A stretch of DNA of 64,000 bases from Planctomycetota bacterium (GTDB lineage Bacteria > Planctomycetota > UBA11346), in the NCBI GenBank assembly GCA_028280785.1, contig JANQLF010000116.1:6581-70580 (forward strand), in the 5' to 3' direction. The notes beneath the pieces were generated by a model that was not told the origin of the DNA, searched no databases, and saw nothing but the letters and a program-made list of their open reading frames with translations. The position numbers and the translations under genes are program-made. This document shows positions 46,451 to 54,521 of the stretch, in pieces. The first letter of the stretch is position 1. Each line of letters begins with the position of its first letter.

Positions 46451-47281
46451 ATGAGCGTTAGTTTTACGAGTTGTCAAACACTCGATGATTTAGAATCTCA
46501 GATAGGTCACTGGCTACGAGAAACGCCGGCCATGTTCTGTTTGATTTGCGGTATTTTGGATAATCCGAAATTTACCTCGTGGTGTGGTGTTTTGTCAAAT
46601 AACGATGAGGCAAGGGCAGTTATTTTACAATCAAGTGGTTATCCGCTCTTAATTGCGACCCCATTCGAGGTCGATCCTGATCTCATTCCACTTATTTGGC
46701 AGGAATCATTGCGAGCAGGTCGCGAGTGTATAGGCATTAATGGACCTGAATCATGGGTGCGCGTACTGGAAGCAACGAGTAAATGGAAAAGCATAGAGCC
46801 AATGGGCATTGCCTTGCATCATTTAGTTGGTGAGCCGCAATTGTTGCATCCTTGTGATGGTAAAGCGCGCACGGCAACGGCCGATGATGCGCAAACTATT
46901 TTTGAATTTATGCATGGATTCCATGATGATGTCGATAGCAACGAAAACTCTCGAACTATAGATGTCGAAGAAATAAACAATGTTATTGATGCATATATGC
47001 TTTGGGAAGTTGACGGCGAAATTGTCTCTATGTGTAAGCGTATCAGGCCTGTATTTGGTGGGTGCTCGATTGGCGCTGTTTACACACCTCCGCAATTTCG
47101 CGGTAAGGGTTATGCCAGCGCTGTGGTTCATGCATTATGCGAACAACTATTGCGTGAGGGCGTTACCTATATCGCGCTCTACACTGATTTAGCCAACCCG
47201 ACGTCGAATAAAATATATCATCAGATAGGTTTTCGAAAACTGAATGAGCAATTGCGTCTATTGTGGGATAAGCCTTCATAG
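46451..47281 (+). CDS. GNAT family N-acetyltransferase (FR47-like C-terminal domain)
   Basis: VYTPPQFRGKGYASAVV (acetyl-CoA motif A), LYTDLANPTSNKIYHQIGF. GGAG RBS. Confidence 0.9.
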   Translation: MSVSFTSCQTLDDLESQIGHWLRETPAMFCLICGILDNPKFTSWCGVLSNNDEARAVILQSSGYPLLIATPFEVDPDLIPLIWQESLRAGRECIGINGPESWVRVLEATSKWKSIEPMGIALHHLVGEPQLLHPCDGKARTATADDAQTIFEFMHGFHDDVDSNENSRTIDVEEINNVIDAYMLWEVDGEIVSMCKRIRPVFGGCSIGAVYTPPQFRGKGYASAVVHALCEQLLREGVTYIALYTDLANPTSNKIYHQIGFRKLNEQLRLLWDKPS

Positions 47282-47303
47282 TTTCGTGGAACGCAGTAAA
47301 AAT

Positions 47304-47362
47304 GCCTGATCGGAAGTAGAACAGTCATGCGCCTGTATTCTGTTTTCCGGTCGGGCTCTTTT
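47304..47362 (+). terminator. Long imperfect hairpin with U tail after the GNAT gene
   Basis: gcctgatcggaa...ttccggtcgggc-tctttt. Confidence 0.5.
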
Positions 47363-47434
47363 GCATAAGCCTCTATTTTTCAGTCGTTTAGAAATACCCG
47401 CTCGAGTGTTCTAAAGGCATTGTGAGGCAATTTC

Positions 47435-47465
47435 TTGACTCAAAAATAATTAACATATGTTAATT
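47435..47465 (+). promoter_or_regulatory. -35 TTGACT plus perfect 18-bp palindromic operator candidate
   Basis: aattaacatatgttaatt (47448-47465) is self-complementary and overlaps the spacer/-10 of a promoter for the 47541-52083 operon, which encodes a GntR regulator. Confidence 0.55.
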
Positions 47466-47540
47466 GTAGATTGACGCCTTCAGTACTGCGAGAATGTGGT
47501 TGAGGGGTCTGAGTTGCGATAGATACTCGGGAGTAGGCTC

Positions 47541-49466
47541 ATGCTTATACGCTACGGATTTATTTGTTTGCTAGTTCTTTTTGCTGAATCAATGCTCATG
47601 GCACAAGATTCAGCTCATACAAAAGTACTGTTCGAAGGTCCTGGAAATTTCAAAACTTTTTCAGGTAAAGCTTACCAGGAAAAGTCATGGAAGCTTTGTG
47701 TAGACGATTACATATACAAAGACTTTTACCCAGTGCTGAAAGATAAAAATGACTACAAAGAGCCAAAGATGCCAGCGCCAGGAAAAATGCATCCAACAGT
47801 TGGTTTTAAAAAATTTGTAGATACGCAATTTCATGTAAACCGCACTTTCTTTTCTTGTCGTGTTCTAGAAACGAAGCGTTTTGATCAGTTGGATAAGAAT
47901 TTTCAATCAGTTAAGTCAGTTATCGATTTAACAGACTGGCGTGGCCATGAAGTGCTGCGCGTTGATATAAAATCGAAGGGTGATTTGGCCTTGTGGTGGT
48001 GTCTGATTGACGCCTATTTGCAGCCACCAATTGTTGGCAATTTTACATTGAAGAAAGACACTTGGTATACCTTAGAGTTTGACTTAGATGAGGCGGTTAA
48101 AAAACGAAAATTAGATTTGTCTGATATGCAGCAAACGTGGTTGGGCACTGGGCCGGGTGCACTTGGTTCCATAGCAAATTTACGTTTAGAGAAACGTTCG
48201 GTAAAAACCACTTATCCGGTGCTCAAAGATCCCAAAGCATTCGATCTGCCTGATTTACCAGAAAAAGTTGCTGCGCCTAAATTAGATATCAAAGCAGATG
48301 TTACTCCGCTAAAAGAAACAAAGCTGTTGACCTTTAATGCTGCCTGGGAAACGCGTCTTAATGATGCAAAAAGTAATGGGCTTGTTGCTATTTTTGACCA
48401 AAATCATGTATTTGTATTGCACAAATTATATGAAGCCTATCCAAGGCTTACCGCAGATTCCAAAGTTAAGCGCACGCAATATAATAAGCCTTTAAGTGAA
48501 TTGTTTGCTGCCCAGACCTTTGACGGTGGCAAGACATGGGTAGGTATGAAAGGTGACAAAGAGCCTACATTTATTTATACCAATCGCACCGAACGCTTTA
48601 AAATTATCGATAATCGCGGCGATATTATTTCGTGGAACAATAACGGTTGTGGCAGTAAGCCTTTCGGCCCGTGGCAACGCATGAGAAAATATTCATTCGA
48701 AGGCACCAAGGGCTGGACGCGCTGGAAACAAGACCGCGTCTTAGAAGAAGAAGCGCGACACTGCACTCATGGAACGATGGATTTTGTGCGCACACCAGAC
48801 GGGCGCATTTGGGGAGCATTGGGTGTAGAAGGGCGTTGGGCACCGCCAAATTTCATCAATGTACATGCGAAGTTTTCTGACACTGACGGTAAGCATTGGA
48901 TTTCATGGAATCCAGGATTTACCAGTCGTATACCCGAAATGACAGATCAACATCCTGCTGGGATTGTGCCATTTGGGAAACATGTGGCAGTGGTTAAGAG
49001 AAATCATTTTAAATCTAAAGAGCCAGCAGCCTGGACTTATTTTGATGGCAAAAAATGGGTGAAACCAATGACGTTTCCAACTAACTATATTAATAGTGTT
49101 GAATCAGTTGGTAAGAATAATGAAACAATAGTTGTGGCGACCTATACGAAAGGTTTAGGTGTTGTGAGTTGGGATGGTGAGTCATGGAATACCGAGCTCG
49201 ATGAAAATGTGAAATTGTGCAAAAGCGGCGATACGCTCATGGCTTTAGCTGTCGATGATAAGAAAAACGAATTAAACGTTTATCATCGTTTGCCCGATGG
49301 AAAATGGATTGGACCAGAGGTAATCGGGATGGAAGCAACGACTGATATTTATATACCGCGTTTTTGCCCGGCAAACCTCGCCGCAGTGGCTTATGTGCCT
49401 AAAGAAAATAAGAAGCAAATTAAAGTGCTGATGGTACCAAATAAACTGTGGAAGGAAGCTCAATAG
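47541..49466 (+). CDS. Secreted hypothetical protein with Asp-box (BNR) repeats, probable beta-propeller plus CBM-like domain
   Basis: Signal peptide. QTFDGGKTW and FSDTDGKHW Asp-boxes, TPDGRIW, FDGKKW, WDGESW. Confidence 0.6.
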   Translation: MLIRYGFICLLVLFAESMLMAQDSAHTKVLFEGPGNFKTFSGKAYQEKSWKLCVDDYIYKDFYPVLKDKNDYKEPKMPAPGKMHPTVGFKKFVDTQFHVNRTFFSCRVLETKRFDQLDKNFQSVKSVIDLTDWRGHEVLRVDIKSKGDLALWWCLIDAYLQPPIVGNFTLKKDTWYTLEFDLDEAVKKRKLDLSDMQQTWLGTGPGALGSIANLRLEKRSVKTTYPVLKDPKAFDLPDLPEKVAAPKLDIKADVTPLKETKLLTFNAAWETRLNDAKSNGLVAIFDQNHVFVLHKLYEAYPRLTADSKVKRTQYNKPLSELFAAQTFDGGKTWVGMKGDKEPTFIYTNRTERFKIIDNRGDIISWNNNGCGSKPFGPWQRMRKYSFEGTKGWTRWKQDRVLEEEARHCTHGTMDFVRTPDGRIWGALGVEGRWAPPNFINVHAKFSDTDGKHWISWNPGFTSRIPEMTDQHPAGIVPFGKHVAVVKRNHFKSKEPAAWTYFDGKKWVKPMTFPTNYINSVESVGKNNETIVVATYTKGLGVVSWDGESWNTELDENVKLCKSGDTLMALAVDDKKNELNVYHRLPDGKWIGPEVIGMEATTDIYIPRFCPANLAAVAYVPKENKKQIKVLMVPNKLWKEAQ

Positions 49467-49517
49467 AGACTTAATCCTAAGCACATCTAGACAACGGTTG
49501 ATTGAAAATATATTTAT

Positions 49518-50723
49518 ATGTCCGTAATGAGCGACCTTTCCAAAAAAGATGCTGTTAAATCGCGTGTGCGAACGCTGATTAAAGAAGGGGTTTACTTGCC
49601 TGGCAGTAAATTGCCGTCGGATACAGAGCTGCACGAAGAATTCGACGCTAGCAAAGTAACAGTGGTTCGTGCCCTCAAGGAATTAGAAGCCGAGGGCTAT
49701 GTGTATCGTCGGCGTGGTAGTGGTACTTATATTAGACAACATCGTATGGCACCGATTGTTGAGGGAAAAAAATTTCGCATTGCGATAGCCTGGTTCACTC
49801 GTGTCTTCCCTGGCAAATTGCGTGATGATGCCTTGGGTGTGATTACTCGTTCGATGCTCAAAGAGCTTGGATTAAACAATTTAAAACCGAAGTGGGCGGA
49901 TAAATCCGAACATGACCAGCAAACTTGGGCACAATGGGATGCAGGGGACAGTCCGGTTTGCGTTGATGTTCTGGGGCCGTCAGCGGATTGTTTAGAACGT
50001 CATCCACCATTGGAATTAATAAAAGAAGGTGCATACGATGCAGTTGTTTGTGTATCTTTGGATCATGAGCCGTGGTTGTCTGATTTACTCAAATTAAAAA
50101 TTCCTGTTATCATTGTTGATTTCATGTCGAGACAGTTTGACCTAAAAGCGGACCAGGTCTTTTACGATTCAGTGAGCGCCTATCAGGAAGTCGTGCACCA
50201 CCTCATCAATAAAGGATGCACAAACATTCACTTTGTTGGTGGCTTAGTGCACCCACAACTTGAGTCACGAGAAGGGCTCAGTGTAGAGGACGCGAAGCGT
50301 AAACGTTTCGATAAGAAAAATAAAATGATCGAGCCGGATTCGTATTTTCGTCTAAGTGCTTTTAAACAAATCATGGAAGAAATGGGACGAATAGTGAACG
50401 AAAAAATGATTCACTATACGTTTTTAGGTTCCCAGGATACGGATACATTTGCTGAAACCATGGCTACACGTAAAGACGCTCCAGATGCATTTATTTGCCA
50501 CAGTGCTACGCAGGCAGAAAGTATTCGCAAGGCCTTTCGTAAACAAAAGAAAAAAGTCTTAGCGATTGGCGCCGGGCAGAAGGGCAAAGCGAGCGCATTA
50601 AGCATTTTAGATGACAATGTGCAGCTCGGGCAAGTAGCCGGCGCCATTTTGATTTCACGTTTGAAGCAACCAGGGCGTATTCCACTGCGCGTCGGTGTGC
50701 CGCTTCAATTTAAATCAAAATAA
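49518..50723 (+). CDS. GntR-family regulator with LacI-like periplasmic-binding-protein effector domain (AraR-type)
   Basis: PGSKLPSDTEL...SKVTVVRAL.EL..EGYV.RRRGSGTYI wHTH. C-terminal PBP-like domain (PDAFIC). Confidence 0.85.
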   Translation: MSVMSDLSKKDAVKSRVRTLIKEGVYLPGSKLPSDTELHEEFDASKVTVVRALKELEAEGYVYRRRGSGTYIRQHRMAPIVEGKKFRIAIAWFTRVFPGKLRDDALGVITRSMLKELGLNNLKPKWADKSEHDQQTWAQWDAGDSPVCVDVLGPSADCLERHPPLELIKEGAYDAVVCVSLDHEPWLSDLLKLKIPVIIVDFMSRQFDLKADQVFYDSVSAYQEVVHHLINKGCTNIHFVGGLVHPQLESREGLSVEDAKRKRFDKKNKMIEPDSYFRLSAFKQIMEEMGRIVNEKMIHYTFLGSQDTDTFAETMATRKDAPDAFICHSATQAESIRKAFRKQKKKVLAIGAGQKGKASALSILDDNVQLGQVAGAILISRLKQPGRIPLRVGVPLQFKSK

Positions 50724-50754
50724 TTAAATCTTTTATTATTTGTTAAGGAATCCC

Positions 50755-52083
50755 ATGGCCAAAACACAGCCAAATATTCTCTTTATTTTTACTGATCAGC
50801 AATCAGCTTCGATGATGAGTTGTGCGGGTAACAGCTGGGTCAAGACGCCAGCTATGGATAGCATTGCTGAATCTGGTGTGCGTTTTGAACGTGCCTATTG
50901 CAGTAATCCGGTGTGCACACCATCGCGCTTTAGTGTGTTTACGGGGCGTATGCCGAGTGAAGTTGGGATATCTTATAATGAACAAATATCGGCGGAACGT
51001 TTTGATGAAACCATGAAACGCCAAAGTCTTGGGCACTTAATGCGCGAGGCGGGTTATGATAGTGCATACGCTGGTCGGGTACATACACCGGGTTATTCGA
51101 TTGACGATGTTGGTTTTGAATTGTTGACCCGCGACAGTCGCGAGGGATTGGCAACAGATTGCGAGGAATTCATCAAACGTGAACGCGATAAGCCGTTTTT
51201 CTTATTTGCCTCGTATACCAATCCCCATGACATTTGTTATATGGGTATCCGTGATTGCCCGAGTGATGAGTTTAAACAACGACAGCATAAATTTTTAGAA
51301 GAATTTGCTAATTTAGATGAGGCGCTATTGCTCCCTCCAGGAATAAGTGAGGAAGAATTTTTCATCAAGCATTGTCCGCCGTTACCAGCTAATTTTGAAC
51401 CACAAAAAAATGAACCTGGGGCGATAGATTATTTATTACACCAGCGTCCTTTCAGGCTACATGCACGCGAGCAATATACCGACAAACAATGGCGACTGCA
51501 TCGTTGGGCCTATGCGAAATTAACAGAGCGCGTTGATTCCAATATTGCTGACTTATTACGTATGTTAAGAGAAAGTGGACAGGCTAGTAATACCATCGTT
51601 GTTTTATCGAGTGATCACGGTGATCACGATGCCTCTCACCGTTTGGAGCATAAAACCATTCCTTATGAGGAAGCTGCCAATATTCCGATGATCGCTTCTG
51701 GCCCAGGAATAAAACCAAGATCTGTAGATAAAGACCATTTAATTTCCAATGGACTCGATCTATTACCGACCTTTTGTGATTACGCTGGCGTTGCAGCGCC
51801 AAGTGATTTGAAGGGTCGCAGTCTACGTCCAATTTTAGAAGGCAAAAATCAAGACGCTTGGCATGAATTCATTCCGATAGAATGTGAAGTCGGTCAGGCA
51901 TTGGTAACGAGTACGCATAAATACATTCGTTATGATCGCGGCAAAAACGCCGAACAATTATACGATTTACAAATGGATCACGGTGAAACCCGTAATGCTA
52001 TCAATGATCCTGATCAGCAAATTTCTTTACAAGAATTGCGAACGCGATTCGACAGTATTTATGGTGAAGTGCAGCGTTGTTAA
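50755..52083 (+). CDS. Sulfatase (S1, choline-sulfatase-like)
   Basis: PNILFIFTDQQ, CTPSR, NPHDIC, SDHGD, QLYDL..D.GE. Confidence 0.92.
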   Translation: MAKTQPNILFIFTDQQSASMMSCAGNSWVKTPAMDSIAESGVRFERAYCSNPVCTPSRFSVFTGRMPSEVGISYNEQISAERFDETMKRQSLGHLMREAGYDSAYAGRVHTPGYSIDDVGFELLTRDSREGLATDCEEFIKRERDKPFFLFASYTNPHDICYMGIRDCPSDEFKQRQHKFLEEFANLDEALLLPPGISEEEFFIKHCPPLPANFEPQKNEPGAIDYLLHQRPFRLHAREQYTDKQWRLHRWAYAKLTERVDSNIADLLRMLRESGQASNTIVVLSSDHGDHDASHRLEHKTIPYEEAANIPMIASGPGIKPRSVDKDHLISNGLDLLPTFCDYAGVAAPSDLKGRSLRPILEGKNQDAWHEFIPIECEVGQALVTSTHKYIRYDRGKNAEQLYDLQMDHGETRNAINDPDQQISLQELRTRFDSIYGEVQRC

Positions 52084-52084
52084 T

Positions 52085-52171
52085 TTAGTAAACTAGTATG
52101 AGTCTTAGTCTTAGTTAACGGTCTTGGGTACTAAGACTAAGACCAAAGCAAAGACTGATACAAGTTAGCTA
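52085..52171. repeat. Palindromic intergenic repeat, family B, copy 2
   Basis: ttagtaaactagtatgagtcttagtcttagt...actaagactaagacc...gactgatacaagttagcta. Sits between convergent genes and overlaps the lipase stop. Confidence 0.8.
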
Positions 52172-52977
52172 TCTATTTTATTCTCTGCTAACACGGCCAA
52201 TCGCTGCGAATAATTTATCGGCGCATGATCGCTTAAATGCTTGGGTGTGCTAAACCATAAAGTTGGATCTTTAAGGCGTTCTTTGAAGCGATCGCGTTTG
52301 CGTTCTTCGGTGCCAAGCCAAAGGGCTTCACCGATATGTTTATAGATAAAACGGTCTTTGCTTGGTGGGAGATGTGTCACGATGTCATCTCTGTTGCAGC
52401 AACGTAAATGAAAAATATGTTCAAATTGTTGTGAAAATGTTTCATCACCAACTCGTGGTGAGCCAAAGGTAAATAAGGCATTGGCTTTACAGGTGAGTGC
52501 TGCGATGGAGGCCATTGCGCCACCGAGGCTGTGACCACAGCAAATTAATTGTTTATAGGTGGGCATGTGTCTTCGTAAATGTTGCCAACATAAATCAAAC
52601 GCTGCTAAAAATCCAGAATGAACTTTTCCATAATTGTCAAATTGTTCTAGCAGTGCATCAATATTGCGCAGCCAATTTTTAGGCTGGTTGGTGCCACGAA
52701 AGGCGAGTATGCAATTCTCTTGGTGCATCCAAATGCCTGCAGCAAGGTCTTCCACTTCGCACCAATAGTGTTCGCTGCACTCAATCTGGTCTAATGCGCT
52801 CTGTCGTGCATGAGCATTGGTGTTGTAAGCGAGACGCGAACATTCGCTAAACAACCAGGCAAGCTGATGCTTATTATCCACATCAAAGGCTAATTCCCCA
52901 AAGACTGCTGGGCCTTGAAAGTATTCTTCACTATCGCCTGGCGTAAAAACCGCTGACCATGTCGCATCATCTAGCAT
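52165..52977 (-). CDS. Lipase class 3 family protein
   Basis: AFRGT, VHSGF, GHSLGG nucleophile elbow, TFGSPRVG, DIVTHLP, DH. Confidence 0.88.
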   Translation of the reverse strand: MLDDATWSAVFTPGDSEEYFQGPAVFGELAFDVDNKHQLAWLFSECSRLAYNTNAHARQSALDQIECSEHYWCEVEDLAAGIWMHQENCILAFRGTNQPKNWLRNIDALLEQFDNYGKVHSGFLAAFDLCWQHLRRHMPTYKQLICCGHSLGGAMASIAALTCKANALFTFGSPRVGDETFSQQFEHIFHLRCCNRDDIVTHLPPSKDRFIYKHIGEALWLGTEERKRDRFKERLKDPTLWFSTPKHLSDHAPINYSQRLAVLAENKIDS

Positions 52978-53051
52978 CGACGTGCAGTCTAGGCGACCAA
53001 GAATGGAATCCTATTGCTTGCTTGCCGCCGACTTTCTGCTGTGATGGACGT

Positions 53052-53237
53052 ATGGCGGTACAAATTCACTTCAGTAGTGATGACGGTGAAGAGATGGAAG
53101 AGATGTGGTCGAGTCCCGATGCCTTTCACAACTGGGCAATTACTGAGGGCCTCTGCGGATCGTATACCGTTTATGAAGAGGATGAGGATGGCGACTGGAT
53201 GGTAACCCTTAAAGGTCGGGTTGAAGGCGGACAATAA
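53052..53237 (+). CDS. Small acidic hypothetical protein (61 aa)
   Basis: MAVQIHFSSDDGEE...YEEDEDGDW. Stop is 1 nt before the next start. Confidence 0.55.
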   Translation: MAVQIHFSSDDGEEMEEMWSSPDAFHNWAITEGLCGSYTVYEEDEDGDWMVTLKGRVEGGQ

Positions 53238-53238
53238 T

Positions 53239-53718
53239 ATGGCAGTAACCGGCGTTTTGATCGAATTAAATCAATTACTTGTTGATGGACAGGTAGCAGA
53301 TGATGCAGCCTTTCAATTAAACCGATTAAATAAAGCGGGCGTTGCTTTGGCCTTGGTGACGCAGGATCAACAAGCAGATGCTGAAGCTGATGTTTCCTCA
53401 ATAAGTGCAGATATTCCAACGCTATCAGTATTTGGTTTGGCTGATGATGCGCCCGCCTCATGGCAGTGGCCTAAGCCAGCACAATTATTGCGTGCCTGTA
53501 CTGAAAATGATATCGATATATTTAATTCTTGGGTTATTGGTACCTCGCATGATTTATTCCGCGCAGCGAGTCAGGCTGGATTACTTGGTGGTATTTATAT
53601 CGGTGATGACATGCCTGCAGAAAATCTTGGTCTACAGGTTTTAAATCATGCGCTGTCACTTGGAGATGCGCCGCGTGTTATGATTCCACCACAGGGTGGA
53701 TGCTGGCACGATCATTAG
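53239..53718 (+). CDS. Degenerate HAD IIIA (GmhB/HisB-like) protein
   Basis: L.RLNKAG..L.LVT, PKPAQLLRA.....ID...SWVIG match GmhB-type motifs, but the catalytic Asp residues are missing. Confidence 0.6.
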   Translation: MAVTGVLIELNQLLVDGQVADDAAFQLNRLNKAGVALALVTQDQQADAEADVSSISADIPTLSVFGLADDAPASWQWPKPAQLLRACTENDIDIFNSWVIGTSHDLFRAASQAGLLGGIYIGDDMPAENLGLQVLNHALSLGDAPRVMIPPQGGCWHDH

Positions 53719-53727
53719 TGGTGTGTT

Positions 53728-54132
53728 ATGTGGCAAACTGCAATTGTTCTTAGTATCGTCGGTGCATTAATACTTATACAGCTCTATCGTATGACGCGCG
53801 GTTTTCGTCGTTATACCGCACGTGAATCACAACAGGCAAGCTGGATGCACTTGTTTCCCGTCAAAGAGCATCAAGAGCTCGTCCATCTCATGCTTGAAGG
53901 TTTTAGTCGCTCGTTTCTATTTCCTGTTAGTGCTTGTTGGCACTTTCGCCCCGATGATAAAATCGCAGATATTTTAGCGACGACTGATAATAATCACACT
54001 GATCATTTACAATACGATATGTTTCAAGTGGTTTTACAAGACCTTGGTTTAGAAGAGCGTCCACGATTTGAAGAAGTGGATTTACGCACAGTAGCTGAAT
54101 TACTCATAGCAGCACGATTTAATAAGCCATGA
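53728..54132 (+). CDS. Hypothetical membrane-anchored protein
   Basis: N-terminal TM helix, FRPDD motif, operonic spacing. Confidence 0.55.
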   Translation: MWQTAIVLSIVGALILIQLYRMTRGFRRYTARESQQASWMHLFPVKEHQELVHLMLEGFSRSFLFPVSACWHFRPDDKIADILATTDNNHTDHLQYDMFQVVLQDLGLEERPRFEEVDLRTVAELLIAARFNKP

Positions 54133-54521
54133 GTGACAAAGAGAATGCCTTTGCTGCGCCACAAAATGATGAGCAAGCGCCGCATAATGACGCTGAATCA
54201 TTAATTAAAATTCCACACCATCTTGCTAAGTGGTTCAATGCGATCGGTACGATTTTTCTTGCTGCATCGGTGTACTTATTTAGTAAGGCCGTCGACGATA
54301 TGAGTGCCTTGTATTATGTTCGACTCTTGACCTTCATTGTTGGCTTAACGGCTATGATTATCACCTTTATGTTGAAACCGACCTTAATGACCAGAGACGA
54401 GGCACAGCGTTATTATCAAGAGCGCATTGCAGCCAATCCTGAGCGACGTTCAACATTTTTTCCAGCCACAATTGTGATCGTTATTTTACTGATTGCGTTG
54501 TTAATTTTGTTAAGCGATTAA
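54129..54521 (+). CDS. Hypothetical membrane protein (3 TM)
   Basis: NAFAAP N-terminal motif (cf. the PVC NPY/F..P motif), three hydrophobic helices, ATGA overlap. Confidence 0.55.
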   Translation: MSDKENAFAAPQNDEQAPHNDAESLIKIPHHLAKWFNAIGTIFLAASVYLFSKAVDDMSALYYVRLLTFIVGLTAMIITFMLKPTLMTRDEAQRYYQERIAANPERRSTFFPATIVIVILLIALLILLSD

